From an uncultured Chroococcidiopsis sp. (GTDB lineage Bacteria; Cyanobacteriota; Cyanobacteriia; Cyanobacteriales; Chroococcidiopsidaceae): 64,000 bases of DNA. The notes under the pieces are model-generated. The model was given only the letters and a program-made list of their open reading frames with translations. It was not told the DNA's origin and made no database searches. A program made the position numbers and the translations under genes. The stretch is taken from positions 1 to 64,000 of the forward strand of contig CAXTYC010000025.1 of NCBI GenBank assembly GCA_964248365.1, given 5' to 3'. This document shows positions 1 to 9,493 of the stretch, piece by piece (the first letter of the stretch is position 1; the number at the start of each line of letters is the position of its first letter).

Positions 1-37
1 CTTATATTCTGAGGATTTATTATTTTCCTCTGCTTAG

Positions 38-763
38 AGTGATGGAAGAGCGGTAGGAGGCAGTTTTCCTAAGTTAGTAGATTGGTTACAAAGATACTAT
101 AGTCCAAGAGGTACTGGAGAACGATGGCATCGACTCACGGAACAAGCAAAACGGGCTTTGCGGGATTGGATTGGAGCAATTAACTACAGCGATTTTGCCA
201 ATTTGGTAGACAGGCTCCTAGAGGTGCTTCTGATTGACAAAGGGCAAAAAAACCAGCGGCGGCGACGAAAAGAGTTCTGGGCGTACTACAGCAACCGCTT
301 TGAACGCATCCGTATTTTGTTACCTCAAACTTCAGTAAATGCTCTAAACCGTAGATTGTTTACAGCAGATATTGAAATCTTAGCGACAGATAGTAGCACT
401 CCTACAGAGGTATGCATCTTTGATTTTGGTGAGTGGTTTGTAGTAGAGTTCTTTCGTGGAGCAGGCAGTGAAACTCGCCTTTTTCCTCGGAATGCCTACA
501 TCGAACAGGTACTTTTCGGTTCCTCCAGGCTCTGTGTGAAAAAGCTACGCCGCCTTGGTGGTGAGGTTCACGAGCACAAGTTTCTTTGGCAGTTTTTCTG
601 TGAAAAGTGGCTTCAAGAGAAAGGAATCTACCCAAACCCAGGCTTGAATCCTCGGAGAATACCTGAAAACGATCAGCTACGAGATCGAGAACAGCAGCTT
701 TTACGTTGGCAACAGGACATTGAAAAGCTGGAACGGGAAGCAAAGGAATACAGGGATGATTGA
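38..763 (+). CDS. EH-signature domain protein (ZorC-like), C-terminal part; possibly truncated
   Basis: Motifs RRKEFWAYY and IFDFGEWFVVEFFRG resemble EH_Signature proteins. The frame is open upstream of the track start (158) back to an in-frame TAG at 35-37, reading FPKLVDWLQRYY..WHRLTEQAKRAL. Confidence 0.6.
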   Translation, partial: SDGRAVGGSFPKLVDWLQRYYSPRGTGERWHRLTEQAKRALRDWIGAINYSDFANLVDRLLEVLLIDKGQKNQRRRRKEFWAYYSNRFERIRILLPQTSVNALNRRLFTADIEILATDSSTPTEVCIFDFGEWFVVEFFRGAGSETRLFPRNAYIEQVLFGSSRLCVKKLRRLGGEVHEHKFLWQFFCEKWLQEKGIYPNPGLNPRRIPENDQLRDREQQLLRWQQDIEKLEREAKEYRDD

Positions 764-837
764 TGTGTTGAGCAATTCTTGATAGTTTTGATCGGCAGTG
801 CGATCGCTTGCAAGCGTGCGATCGCCCCTTTCCTCTT

Positions 838-1407
838 CTACCCAAAAAACCTTGCTACAGGACAAGTAAAACCAGGTAACAAAGGCGAATTTAATTCATC
901 ATTACTCAACAGCGTTACCATCAATTTGAGCGTAGCATTTTCGCGTCGGTAGACTTCAAGTTTTTGCAAACGCCAATCAGCAATCCAATACTCTTGTACT
1001 CCCCGTGAGGCGTAAAGTTTGAGTTTAGCAATTTTATCGCGGCGTTCATTGTGTACACCAGATGATAAAACTTCTATCACTAACTCTGGTGCGCCTATTA
1101 GATATCCAGCTTCGTCTAAATATAAGGCTAATCGTTCATTGCTAATCCAGATCACATCTGGGATTACGTTGTCTGTCTCACTAAACAAAATACCAGGATT
1201 AATACTTACATCACCTAATTCACTTACTCTTGACCAGGTTTTCAACTCCATACCAATATTGAGACAGGTTTCTTGATGTCTCCAATGAGGCGCTCTGGTC
1301 ATGAATAATTCTCCATTAATTATCTCATAGCGCGTACCTTCGTTGTCGGGTAAAAGGTCTAAGTCTGTAGTAGTCCAGCGCACACCCTGGGTTGCTATTT
1401 GATTCAT
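838..1407 (-). CDS. Uma2 family (DUF820) endonuclease
   Basis: Motifs YEIINGEL, PDVIW, APELVIEVLS, K..LYA..GVQEYW. AGGAGG RBS precedes the ATG at 1407. Confidence 0.9.
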   Translation of the reverse strand: MNQIATQGVRWTTTDLDLLPDNEGTRYEIINGELFMTRAPHWRHQETCLNIGMELKTWSRVSELGDVSINPGILFSETDNVIPDVIWISNERLALYLDEAGYLIGAPELVIEVLSSGVHNERRDKIAKLKLYASRGVQEYWIADWRLQKLEVYRRENATLKLMVTLLSNDELNSPLLPGFTCPVARFFG

Positions 1408-1458
1408 GGCGCTCCTCCTTTTAGTCTTATATTTTAGGATAGGCGATCGCATTCATCT

Positions 1459-1490
1459 AAAAAACCCAGCTTCACGAGTGAAACTGGGTT
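1459..1490 (-). terminator. Intrinsic terminator after nirD
   Basis: Stem AACCCAG-TTCAC / GTGAA-CTGGGTT, followed by a U-tract on the minus strand. Confidence 0.65.
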
Positions 1491-1525
1491 ATTAACTCTA
1501 TGCAATATTTATTTGCTTTTTGATT

Positions 1526-1891
1526 TTACGCCGCCTCTGGAGCTGCTACCTGTACTCTATCGTCAACAACTCTAACTTTAAAAGTGGGTACGCTGACAGT
1601 TTCATCATCCAAACATTGCCCAGTTGCCAAATTGAAATTTTGCTTATAAATTGGGGAAGCTACTTTAGTAATACCATTGCGATCGCCTACAATTCCCCTA
1701 GACAAAACAAAAGCTTTGCTGAAAGGATCGTAATTACTAATAGCAAACACATCTGCCTCTCCTACTCGGAAAATCGCCACTTGTTCGCCTGCAACCAAAG
1801 CACAAACCCCAGTATTAGGCATGATATCACAAATCGAACAAATATCAACCCATCTTGTTGTAGCCTGATGTATCGGTAATGCTTGAACCAT
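1526..1891 (-). CDS. nirD: NAD(P)H nitrite reductase small subunit (Rieske-like)
   Basis: NirD motifs NYDPFSKAFVLSRG and VASPIYKQNFNL; lies directly downstream of nirB. Confidence 0.92.
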   Translation of the reverse strand: MVQALPIHQATTRWVDICSICDIMPNTGVCALVAGEQVAIFRVGEADVFAISNYDPFSKAFVLSRGIVGDRNGITKVASPIYKQNFNLATGQCLDDETVSVPTFKVRVVDDRVQVAAPEAA

Positions 1892-1929
1892 GTTTTCAAC
1901 CTAATTATTACTTTGGGACTTCGTGTTGA

Positions 1930-1967
1930 TTGGTAACTGGTAACTGATAACTGGTAACTGGTAACTG
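1930..1967. repeat. Heptamer STRR (TGGTAAC)n
   Basis: About five tandem tggtaac/tgataac units between nirB and nirD. Confidence 0.8.
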
Positions 1968-1977
1968 CTATTACCCA

Positions 1978-4512
1978 TTACCTAACTAAAGATTTTTCGT
2001 GTTCGTAAGCTGGGCGTTGTTGTCCCCGTTCCTCTACTGTGACAATATTTGGATCTGACTCTTCCGAATTAACAAAGTGACGGAAACGCTTCATTTTTTC
2101 TGGATTTTCAATTGTGGCTTTCCACTCACATTGATAGGTATTGACAAGATGCTGCATCTCTGATTCTAGCTCAGCACAAATGCCAAGAGAATCGTGAATA
2201 ACTACCTGCTTGAGGTAATCAATTCCCCCTTCAAGCTTATTAAACCAAGTTGCAGTTCTCTCAAGCCGATCTGCTGTGCGAATATAAAACATCAGGAACC
2301 GATCTAAATATTTGATCAATGTCTGGGTATCAACATCTTCTGCTAACAAAACAGCGTGTTGTGGCTTCATTCCACCATTACCACACACATACAAATTCCA
2401 ACCTTTCTCTGTTGCAATTATGCCAAAATCTTTACTTTGGGCTTCTGCACATTCACGGGTACAACCAGAGACAGCAGACTTGAGTTTATGGGGCGATCGC
2501 AAACCTCTATATCTTTCTTCCACTTGAATTGCTAAACTTGTAGAATCCTGCACCCCAAAGCGACACCAAGTACTACCTACACAAGATTTTACTGTTCGCA
2601 GTGCCTTTCCATAAGCGTGTCCTGATTCAAATCCTGAATCTACCAACCGCTTCCAAATCTGTGGTAATTGCTCAACACGCGCACCAAACAAATCAATTCG
2701 TTGTCCACCAGTAATCTTAGTATAAAGTCCAAACTCTTTGGCAACTTCCCCTAAAACAATCAGTTTATCTGGTGTAATTTCTCCCCCAGGAATTCTTGGT
2801 ACTACCGAATAAGTTCCATCCCGCTGAATGTTTGCCAAATAGTAATCATTGGTGTCTTGCAAAGCAACATGAGGCTGAGCTAAAATATGCTCATTCCAAG
2901 TAGAAGCAAGAATAGAAGCAACCGCAGGTTTGCAAATTTCACAACCTTTACCTTTGCCGTGTTTTTGAATTAATTCGTCAAAGTTTGTAATTTTCTGAGT
3001 CCGCACTAGATGATACACTTCTTGGCGAGAATAGGGTAAGTGTTCACACAGGTGATTTTTCACCTCTATTCCCGCTTTCTTCATTTCATCTTTCAGCAAA
3101 TCTGTTACTAATGGTACACAGCCACCGCAACCTGTTCCGGCTTTAGTGCATTTTTTAACACTAGATATATCTGTGAAATTGTTTTCTCGAATAGCTGTAC
3201 AAATCTGCTCTTTACTGACATTATTGCAAGAACAAATTTGGGCAGTATCGGGTAGGCTTGTAACTCCCATTCCTACAGATGCAGATTTACCTTCGCGGGG
3301 TGGTAATAGCAAATCTTCGGGATGGGGTGGTAAGGCGATCGCATTCTGGACAAACTGCAACAAAGTGCCGTAAGCCGAAGCATCTCCTACTAAAATTCCG
3401 CCTAATAATCTGCTACCATCCTCATTGAGGACAAGCTTTTTATAAACACCTTTCACCGCATCAGTAACAGCGATTTCTTTAGCACCAGGAGTCTTAGCAA
3501 AGTTATCTCCAAAACTAGCAACATCTACACCCAAAAGTTTGAGTTTGGTAGACATATCTGCACCTGCAAAAGTGCTAGGAATAGTGTTACTAAAAACATC
3601 TGCTACCACACCAGCCATCTTATAGCCAGGAGCAACTAAGCCATAAATGCGATTTTGATAAAGCGCGCATTCACCAATTGCATAGATATCAGGATCAGAA
3701 GTTTGGCAATAGTCGTTGATAATAATACCACCGCGATCGCCTACTACTAAACCACAATTTTTAGCCAGTTCGTCACGGGGGCGAATTCCCGCACTAAACA
3801 CGATCATATCTGTTACCAACTCCTCACCATCAGCAAAGGTCATTTTTGCAACCTTACCCTCTTCGCTGACGATTTGGGTAGTTGATTTACTTGTATGAAT
3901 CGAAACACCAAGTTCTTCTATTTTGTTGCGGAGAATACTACCACCAGCATCATCAATTTGCACTGGCATTAGTCGCGGGGCAAATTCCACCACATGGGTA
4001 TCCAAGCCCATATTTTTGAGGGCATTAGCTGCTTCTAAACCTAATAAACCCCCACCTACAACTACCCCAACTCGACAATTTTTAGCGTATGCTGATATTG
4101 CCTCAAGGTCTTCAATAATACGGTATACAAACGTTCCTTTAGCGTCATTGCCCTTAATTGGTGGGACAAAGGGATAAGAACCTGTAGCTAGAACCACCTT
4201 ATCATAAGTAAAAGTTAAACCATTGGCAGATGTAACTGTTTTTTCTTCTCTATTAATTGCAACTGCCTTATCACCAATATGAATTTGAATACCGTTTTCT
4301 TGATATAATCCTGGTTCAACTAGAGATAAATCTGCCGCAGTTTTACCTGCAAAATAGCCACTTAGGTTAACGCGATCATAAGCAACGCGAGGTTCTTCGC
4401 AGAATGTAATTAAATTCCATTCGTCGTTAGCACCAGAAGCGATCATCAGTTCTAGGAACTTGTGACCTACCATACCATTGCCGATAACAATCAGATTCTT
4501 TTTGGCTGTCAT
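1978..4512 (-). CDS. nirB: NAD(P)H nitrite reductase large subunit (enteric/Bacillus NirB/NasD type)
   Basis: FAD motif GNGMVG, NAD motif GGGLLG, BFD-like Cys clusters (CSCNNV..GTGCGGC; CEH..GCEIC), siroheme/4Fe-4S motifs CVGSTWC and GCTREC. Confidence 0.95.
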   Translation of the reverse strand: MTAKKNLIVIGNGMVGHKFLELMIASGANDEWNLITFCEEPRVAYDRVNLSGYFAGKTAADLSLVEPGLYQENGIQIHIGDKAVAINREEKTVTSANGLTFTYDKVVLATGSYPFVPPIKGNDAKGTFVYRIIEDLEAISAYAKNCRVGVVVGGGLLGLEAANALKNMGLDTHVVEFAPRLMPVQIDDAGGSILRNKIEELGVSIHTSKSTTQIVSEEGKVAKMTFADGEELVTDMIVFSAGIRPRDELAKNCGLVVGDRGGIIINDYCQTSDPDIYAIGECALYQNRIYGLVAPGYKMAGVVADVFSNTIPSTFAGADMSTKLKLLGVDVASFGDNFAKTPGAKEIAVTDAVKGVYKKLVLNEDGSRLLGGILVGDASAYGTLLQFVQNAIALPPHPEDLLLPPREGKSASVGMGVTSLPDTAQICSCNNVSKEQICTAIRENNFTDISSVKKCTKAGTGCGGCVPLVTDLLKDEMKKAGIEVKNHLCEHLPYSRQEVYHLVRTQKITNFDELIQKHGKGKGCEICKPAVASILASTWNEHILAQPHVALQDTNDYYLANIQRDGTYSVVPRIPGGEITPDKLIVLGEVAKEFGLYTKITGGQRIDLFGARVEQLPQIWKRLVDSGFESGHAYGKALRTVKSCVGSTWCRFGVQDSTSLAIQVEERYRGLRSPHKLKSAVSGCTRECAEAQSKDFGIIATEKGWNLYVCGNGGMKPQHAVLLAEDVDTQTLIKYLDRFLMFYIRTADRLERTATWFNKLEGGIDYLKQVVIHDSLGICAELESEMQHLVNTYQCEWKATIENPEKMKRFRHFVNSEESDPNIVTVEERGQQRPAYEHEKSLVR

Positions 4513-4579
4513 TGTTTTTTATAAAGCCAACGTCTCAGTTATCCTAATAACACCAGAGAAAAATATCTACTGGTGTTTG

Positions 4580-4593
4580 GTAACTTTAGCTAC
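4580..4593. promoter_or_regulatory. NtcA-consensus box (GTA-N8-TAC) upstream of nirB
   Basis: GTAACTTTAGCTAC, about 68 bp upstream of the nirB ATG. Confidence 0.65.
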
Positions 4594-4708
4594 AAAATGC
4601 TAATAATTGATGCAACAAATGAAAGATATTCATTCAGTTATTGCATTAAAACTGCTAATAACAATTTAGACATCAAATTTTGGGGATGCTCTGCATTCAA
4701 ATTTCTTA

Positions 4709-4761
4709 GTAGGGTGGGCAATGCCCACCAAATTATTGATGGTGGGCATTGCCCACCCTAC
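4709..4761. repeat. GTAG-type REP doublet (REPIN)
   Basis: GTAGGGTGGGCAATGCCCACC-spacer-GGTGGGCATTGCCCACCCTAC. Single copies occur at 9427-9459 and 53929-53950. Confidence 0.8.
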
Positions 4762-4802
4762 TTTTGCTAGAGAACGTGCAAAGATGAATGCACACTAGCT
4801 TA

Positions 4803-5063
4803 TCACTTAGCCAAACTCATAGCTTTTCGCTGCTGATGTCTTAGTTTACCAGCAGCAGCCCCAGCGGCAAGCACCACTAGACCTAATAGTGTAGAAGGCT
4901 CAGGAACTGGGGTACTTTCTTGCTTATTTACATCTAGCACCTGGACGCGACCTTGGAAGAAATCGCCCACATAGAGCTTGCCATCTTTTAGGTCTGAACC
5001 TCCTGTCCAGTTAAATGTACCTGGTGTGAGATATTTTGGCGACGGCGAGCGTGCCTTCAACAA
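4803..5063 (-). pseudogene. C-terminal remnant of an NHL-repeat PEP-CTERM protein (possibly ScyF-like)
   Basis: KLYVGDFFQGRVQVL blade, then VPEP, a TM helix and a basic tail. No signal peptide, and an in-frame stop lies just upstream. Confidence 0.6.
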
Positions 5064-5253
5064 AGATCCGCGACACTAACAGATATCCGAGAGAGTTTGC
5101 CTCGAATGATTCGAGGCAAATCTCTCGTTCCAATCATCGACCGCCATTTTTGCCCAAGAGATGTTGTAACCCATTTGTAAGCTGAAAAGTCTTTTTTTTT
5201 GTTTCGCGCAAAGGCGCAAAGGCGCAAAGTAAGGACGCAAAAAGTTCCGCGAC

Positions 5254-8200
5254 TTAGCTTACAATAATTCGGGAACCTTCTGGTAATTTCTCAACTTTGA
5301 TTTGCGTTCCTAGCTGTTCTCCTAAAGCTGGAACATGAGTGATTACGCCAACTAATCTATCTTGTTGTCCCAAAGATTGTAGGATATTGCAGACACTTTC
5401 CAATGTTTCGGCATCGAGTGTACCAAATCCCTCATCGATAAATAAACTACCTAGCTTTGTTCCCCCAGACAACTTTTCTGAAAGTGCTAAAGCCAAAGAT
5501 AGGGAAGTAGCAAATGTTTCACCCCCAGAGAGGGTTTGCACTTTTCTCGCCTCGCCTCCACTCCAGTGATCTTCTACATAGTATTCTTTATCGTCGTATT
5601 TCAAAGCATATCGCTGTTCTGTTAGTTCCCGCAGTAGTACGGTTGCTTGCTCAACTAATTCATGCTCGAAATGTTGGAGAATATAAGCTTGAAAGCGGTC
5701 GGATTTTAACTCTCTCGATAAGGTACGATAAGTTTCTAACTCTTGCTGTTTGTTAGATAATTCAGCTTGCCATTTTTTAACTTGGTGATATTTATCTTCA
5801 GCTTTGGCAATCCACACTTTCAACTGTTCATATTCATTTTGGGCTTGTTTACGCCTTGTATCAGCAGCATTAACAGCCGTTTCAAGTTGCTCTATTATGT
5901 CTCTACTCGTTATTTTACCACCTATTTCTTGATTTTCTTGCTTAATCAGAGTTTCTAATTCAAGTTTCTTTCCTTGATAAATTTCAATTTTATATTGCCA
6001 TTCTTTTTGCTCGGTTGGCTCAGCTTGGGATTCTAAAAATATCTCTTCTGTTAGTTTTTCACCTTCTAAACTCATTTGCCATTTAGCTTCTATTTGTGCT
6101 TTTTCAGTAGCAATCGATGCAAAATATTCTCTAGCTTTGCTATCTTCTTGTTGAGCTTGAATGAATTTGTCTCTTGCTGCCTGGTAAGATTGATTTACCT
6201 GATTAATTCGCTCAGCTAAAGTGCGTTTATCTTGTTCAAGTTGTTGCAATAACTGCTCGTAAGATTTACCTGCGGTAATTTCAGATAGTTTGGCTACAAT
6301 TTCCCCTAGTTTGGTTTTTTGGCGTTCTACTTCCGTGACTGCATTTTGATGCTGCGATCGAACCTCCATTAATCTATTTTGAGCAAAGTTCAAATGTAGT
6401 TCACTATTTTTAACTTCTGACTCGACGAGTTCCTTTTTCCTTAATATTTCTTGGTATTTAGCATCACTTTCTTGTAATGCTTTATGTTCCCTTTTGAGTG
6501 CCTTTAATTCCCATTTCTCTTGTAATATGGCACTAATTTCTTGTGTTATAATAGATAATTCATCTTCTATTTGTGCCAAGGATTGTCGATATAGATCTAC
6601 TTGGTGCTGAAGATTTTCGAGTGTAGTTTCAGCTTTAGTTTTAGCATCTGCTGCGGTTTGTCGCTTTTTCTGGGCAGCTTGTTCGTGCTTTTCAAGTGTC
6701 TTAATATCGATTTGTGAATCTGCTATAAGTGGTAACAAATGCGCTACTGGGTAAACTCCACCGCAAACCGGACAATTATCGCCCTCTTGTAGCATGATAC
6801 GTAAAGCAGCAGCATGATTTTGTTGTCTAGCGGCTTCTAATTGGGCGTGAAAAGAATTAAAGTCAGCTTCGGATTTTTGCCAATCTAAAATAGCAATTTG
6901 ACAATCTTGGGCAGATTGTTGTAAGTCTAGATGAATTTGCTGTAACTTGATGCGATCGCTTTCAACTTGTTTATGAATTCCTTCCCATTGAATCAGCAGT
7001 GGTCCAACAGAATTCAGCTTCTCTAGTCTAACTCCACCTGGGGAATATTGATATTCATTATTAGTAGTAAGTTGTTTTTGCTTTTCTTTTAATTCAGACT
7101 GTGCCACTTCTACGGCTTTTTCAGCTTCAGATAAAGCTTTGGTTTTTGAAGTTAATATTTTCTCTAAGCGTTTTACTTCGTCACTAACTTGACAACGTTG
7201 CTCTTCATAAATTTTGGCATAATTTAGAGCTTGTTCACGCGCTTGCAGTTGTGTTTCAATTTCAGCTTTATAGGCTTGGACTTCCTGTAAATGCTGTTGT
7301 TGGATATTTAAAGCTGCTTGTGTCTGAGTCAAGTTAGTAGTAGCAGTTTCAGTATTAGATTGCGCTCTTTGATACTGCTGACGAGTGGAATGTACTGATG
7401 TCCAGATAGCAGAGAGGCGATCGCACACTCGTGCTTGTTCTAGCTGCTGTTTTAAAGCTATAATTTCTGTAGCTTGTTGATTTAAAATATCAATTTCCTG
7501 TTGCAAAAGAGCTAAACGCTGGAAACGCTCAAATAATTTTTGCTCAGCTTCCAAAGCAGTTCGCGCATTTTCACATATCTGATATAAATGGGGTAATTCT
7601 TGATCTAAATTTGCGGATTGATTAAATTTTTGATTGAATTCCTCAGCCGAAGGTAAATCCGATTTATCCAATCGATCTAGAATTGCCTTACATTCACCCG
7701 TAATTAAATTGGCTTGCTTCTCCGCCTGTTCGCGCATCCGCTCAAATATTGTATATCCCGCCAGTTGTCGCAAAATATTACGACGTGCAGCACCTGTACC
7801 CTTGAGAAATTCATCAAACTTACCTTGAGGAAGCAGGATAACTTTAGTGAAAGTTTCAAAATTCATCCCTAAAATTTGAGTAATTGAGGCGGTAATTTCT
7901 GCTTCCTTTTGTTCCCCAAATGCTTCCCACTCATCATTAACACGCTTGTCTAACTTAAATGTAGACTGAGCAGTTTTAGTACGAAATAACCAAGAGCGAG
8001 AAACTTGATACTCAGTTTGATCTACCAAAAAACGCAACGTCACTTGCAATTTTAAGCTACCCTGACTCACTAAATCTTTGGCTGAAGTTTTGCCATCGAA
8101 TCGCGCTACCCTACCATAAAGCGCCAAAGTCATTGCATCCAATAAAGAAGACTTTCCCGCGCCAGTTTTTCCGGTAATGGCGAATAATTCTAGTTGGGAG

Positions 8201-8265
8201 AAATCAATCTGTACTCGGTTGCGAAAACTGGTAAAACCTTCTAAAGTTAGTTCAAGCGGTCGCAT
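5254..8265 (-). CDS. sbcC: SbcC/Rad50 SMC-family ATPase
   Basis: Walker A GKTGAGKS, Q-loop LPQG, long coiled coil, zinc hook CPVCG, LSGGE signature, FIDEGFGTLD. Confidence 0.95.
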   Translation of the reverse strand: MRPLELTLEGFTSFRNRVQIDFSQLELFAITGKTGAGKSSLLDAMTLALYGRVARFDGKTSAKDLVSQGSLKLQVTLRFLVDQTEYQVSRSWLFRTKTAQSTFKLDKRVNDEWEAFGEQKEAEITASITQILGMNFETFTKVILLPQGKFDEFLKGTGAARRNILRQLAGYTIFERMREQAEKQANLITGECKAILDRLDKSDLPSAEEFNQKFNQSANLDQELPHLYQICENARTALEAEQKLFERFQRLALLQQEIDILNQQATEIIALKQQLEQARVCDRLSAIWTSVHSTRQQYQRAQSNTETATTNLTQTQAALNIQQQHLQEVQAYKAEIETQLQAREQALNYAKIYEEQRCQVSDEVKRLEKILTSKTKALSEAEKAVEVAQSELKEKQKQLTTNNEYQYSPGGVRLEKLNSVGPLLIQWEGIHKQVESDRIKLQQIHLDLQQSAQDCQIAILDWQKSEADFNSFHAQLEAARQQNHAAALRIMLQEGDNCPVCGGVYPVAHLLPLIADSQIDIKTLEKHEQAAQKKRQTAADAKTKAETTLENLQHQVDLYRQSLAQIEDELSIITQEISAILQEKWELKALKREHKALQESDAKYQEILRKKELVESEVKNSELHLNFAQNRLMEVRSQHQNAVTEVERQKTKLGEIVAKLSEITAGKSYEQLLQQLEQDKRTLAERINQVNQSYQAARDKFIQAQQEDSKAREYFASIATEKAQIEAKWQMSLEGEKLTEEIFLESQAEPTEQKEWQYKIEIYQGKKLELETLIKQENQEIGGKITSRDIIEQLETAVNAADTRRKQAQNEYEQLKVWIAKAEDKYHQVKKWQAELSNKQQELETYRTLSRELKSDRFQAYILQHFEHELVEQATVLLRELTEQRYALKYDDKEYYVEDHWSGGEARKVQTLSGGETFATSLSLALALSEKLSGGTKLGSLFIDEGFGTLDAETLESVCNILQSLGQQDRLVGVITHVPALGEQLGTQIKVEKLPEGSRIIVS

Positions 8266-9415
8266 CGTGCATTTCCTGGTATAGTTCCTCGAACTTAGTT
8301 ATAACTGCGCGCGTAGGTACGTTTCCTAATTGCTGTTGGTAGTAACGCTGAAATTCCCCCACAGGATCAAGCTTATCCCTAGATACAGATTGTTTCCGAT
8401 TGTGGGAAGCTTCCAGGTAACGAGGTTCAATATGAATAGCTTGGGGACAAATTTTCCGAATCTTGTCAGCTAATCCAACTTGGGGTGTTTCCAAGTGAAT
8501 AATTACCTTGAGGAAGCCTGGATAATCGCGCTGGGATTCTAACTCCTCGTAATTGCTCAATTCACATTCGACTACTTTCAAAGGCTTTTGGCAGGAAATT
8601 GGGATAAAATCAACTTGAGCAGGCATTCCTGGTTCAATAGTAATTAGGTTAAATCCCTTATCTTCCCCAGCTTCACCAAAATCAACTTGAATTAGAGAAC
8701 CAGAATAGAAAGCATGGGGATATCCTTCAATCGACTGGCGTTTGTGAATGTGTCCCAATGCAATATACTGAGCTTGGGTAGGGAGACTTTGGCGAGGGAG
8801 AGCGTAAGTACCTTTGCAATGAAAATCTTTTTCCGAATTGGCTAACTTAGCACCGTCGATCATAATGTGAGACATCAGGATATTTACACTGTCATCTCGG
8901 AAGCTACTAGTTAAATCCCTTAAAAGTAGGCTAACTATCTCTCGGTAGCTTTGAACTTGTTGTAAATCATCCAGATTCCACAATTCATCAGGATCTAACA
9001 TTCGCCGCTCATTAGCAAACGGCATTGCACCAACACATAGTTTACCGCCAGGTGTATCAAGAGTAATCACACCACCCTCGTCAGCTACACGTGGTTTTCC
9101 CAAGGCGTGAACTCCCACAAAAGATAGTAAACTCGACAAACTATCAATTCGTGAAGCTGAATCATGATTTCCTGCGATCGCCACAGCCGGAATTTTAGCA
9201 GCTTGCAGATTACAAAAAAACTGATACGCCACCCTTTCCGCTTCCACCGTCGGGTTAAACGTCTCAAAAATATCTCCCGCCACCAAAACCGCATCAACAT
9301 CCAAATCCTTAGCTTTACCTAACAACTCATCAAGTGCAAATTCAATTTCCTCGGTACGATCCTTACCCTTCAGATTACGCCCCAAATGCCAATCAGCAGT
9401 ATGAATTAAACGCAC
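8252..9415 (-). CDS. sbcD: SbcD/Mre11 metallophosphoesterase nuclease
   Basis: Motifs HTADWHLG, AGDIF, GNHDS, LGHIH, YSGS; overlaps the sbcC start. Confidence 0.95.
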   Translation of the reverse strand: MRLIHTADWHLGRNLKGKDRTEEIEFALDELLGKAKDLDVDAVLVAGDIFETFNPTVEAERVAYQFFCNLQAAKIPAVAIAGNHDSASRIDSLSSLLSFVGVHALGKPRVADEGGVITLDTPGGKLCVGAMPFANERRMLDPDELWNLDDLQQVQSYREIVSLLLRDLTSSFRDDSVNILMSHIMIDGAKLANSEKDFHCKGTYALPRQSLPTQAQYIALGHIHKRQSIEGYPHAFYSGSLIQVDFGEAGEDKGFNLITIEPGMPAQVDFIPISCQKPLKVVECELSNYEELESQRDYPGFLKVIIHLETPQVGLADKIRKICPQAIHIEPRYLEASHNRKQSVSRDKLDPVGEFQRYYQQQLGNVPTRAVITKFEELYQEMHDATA

Positions 9416-9493
9416 AAAATCTCCTCATTATTGATGGTGGGTAATGCCCACCCTACTTTGCTCTGCGCCCTCTGCGCCTTTGCGGTTCGTTAA

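Noticed and set aside
402..845. Antisense and overlapping short ORFs in the track (e.g. 402-845, 1520-1879, 43106-43612, 60637-61023)
   Set aside because: They are shadows of well-supported genes on the opposite strand and carry no motifs.
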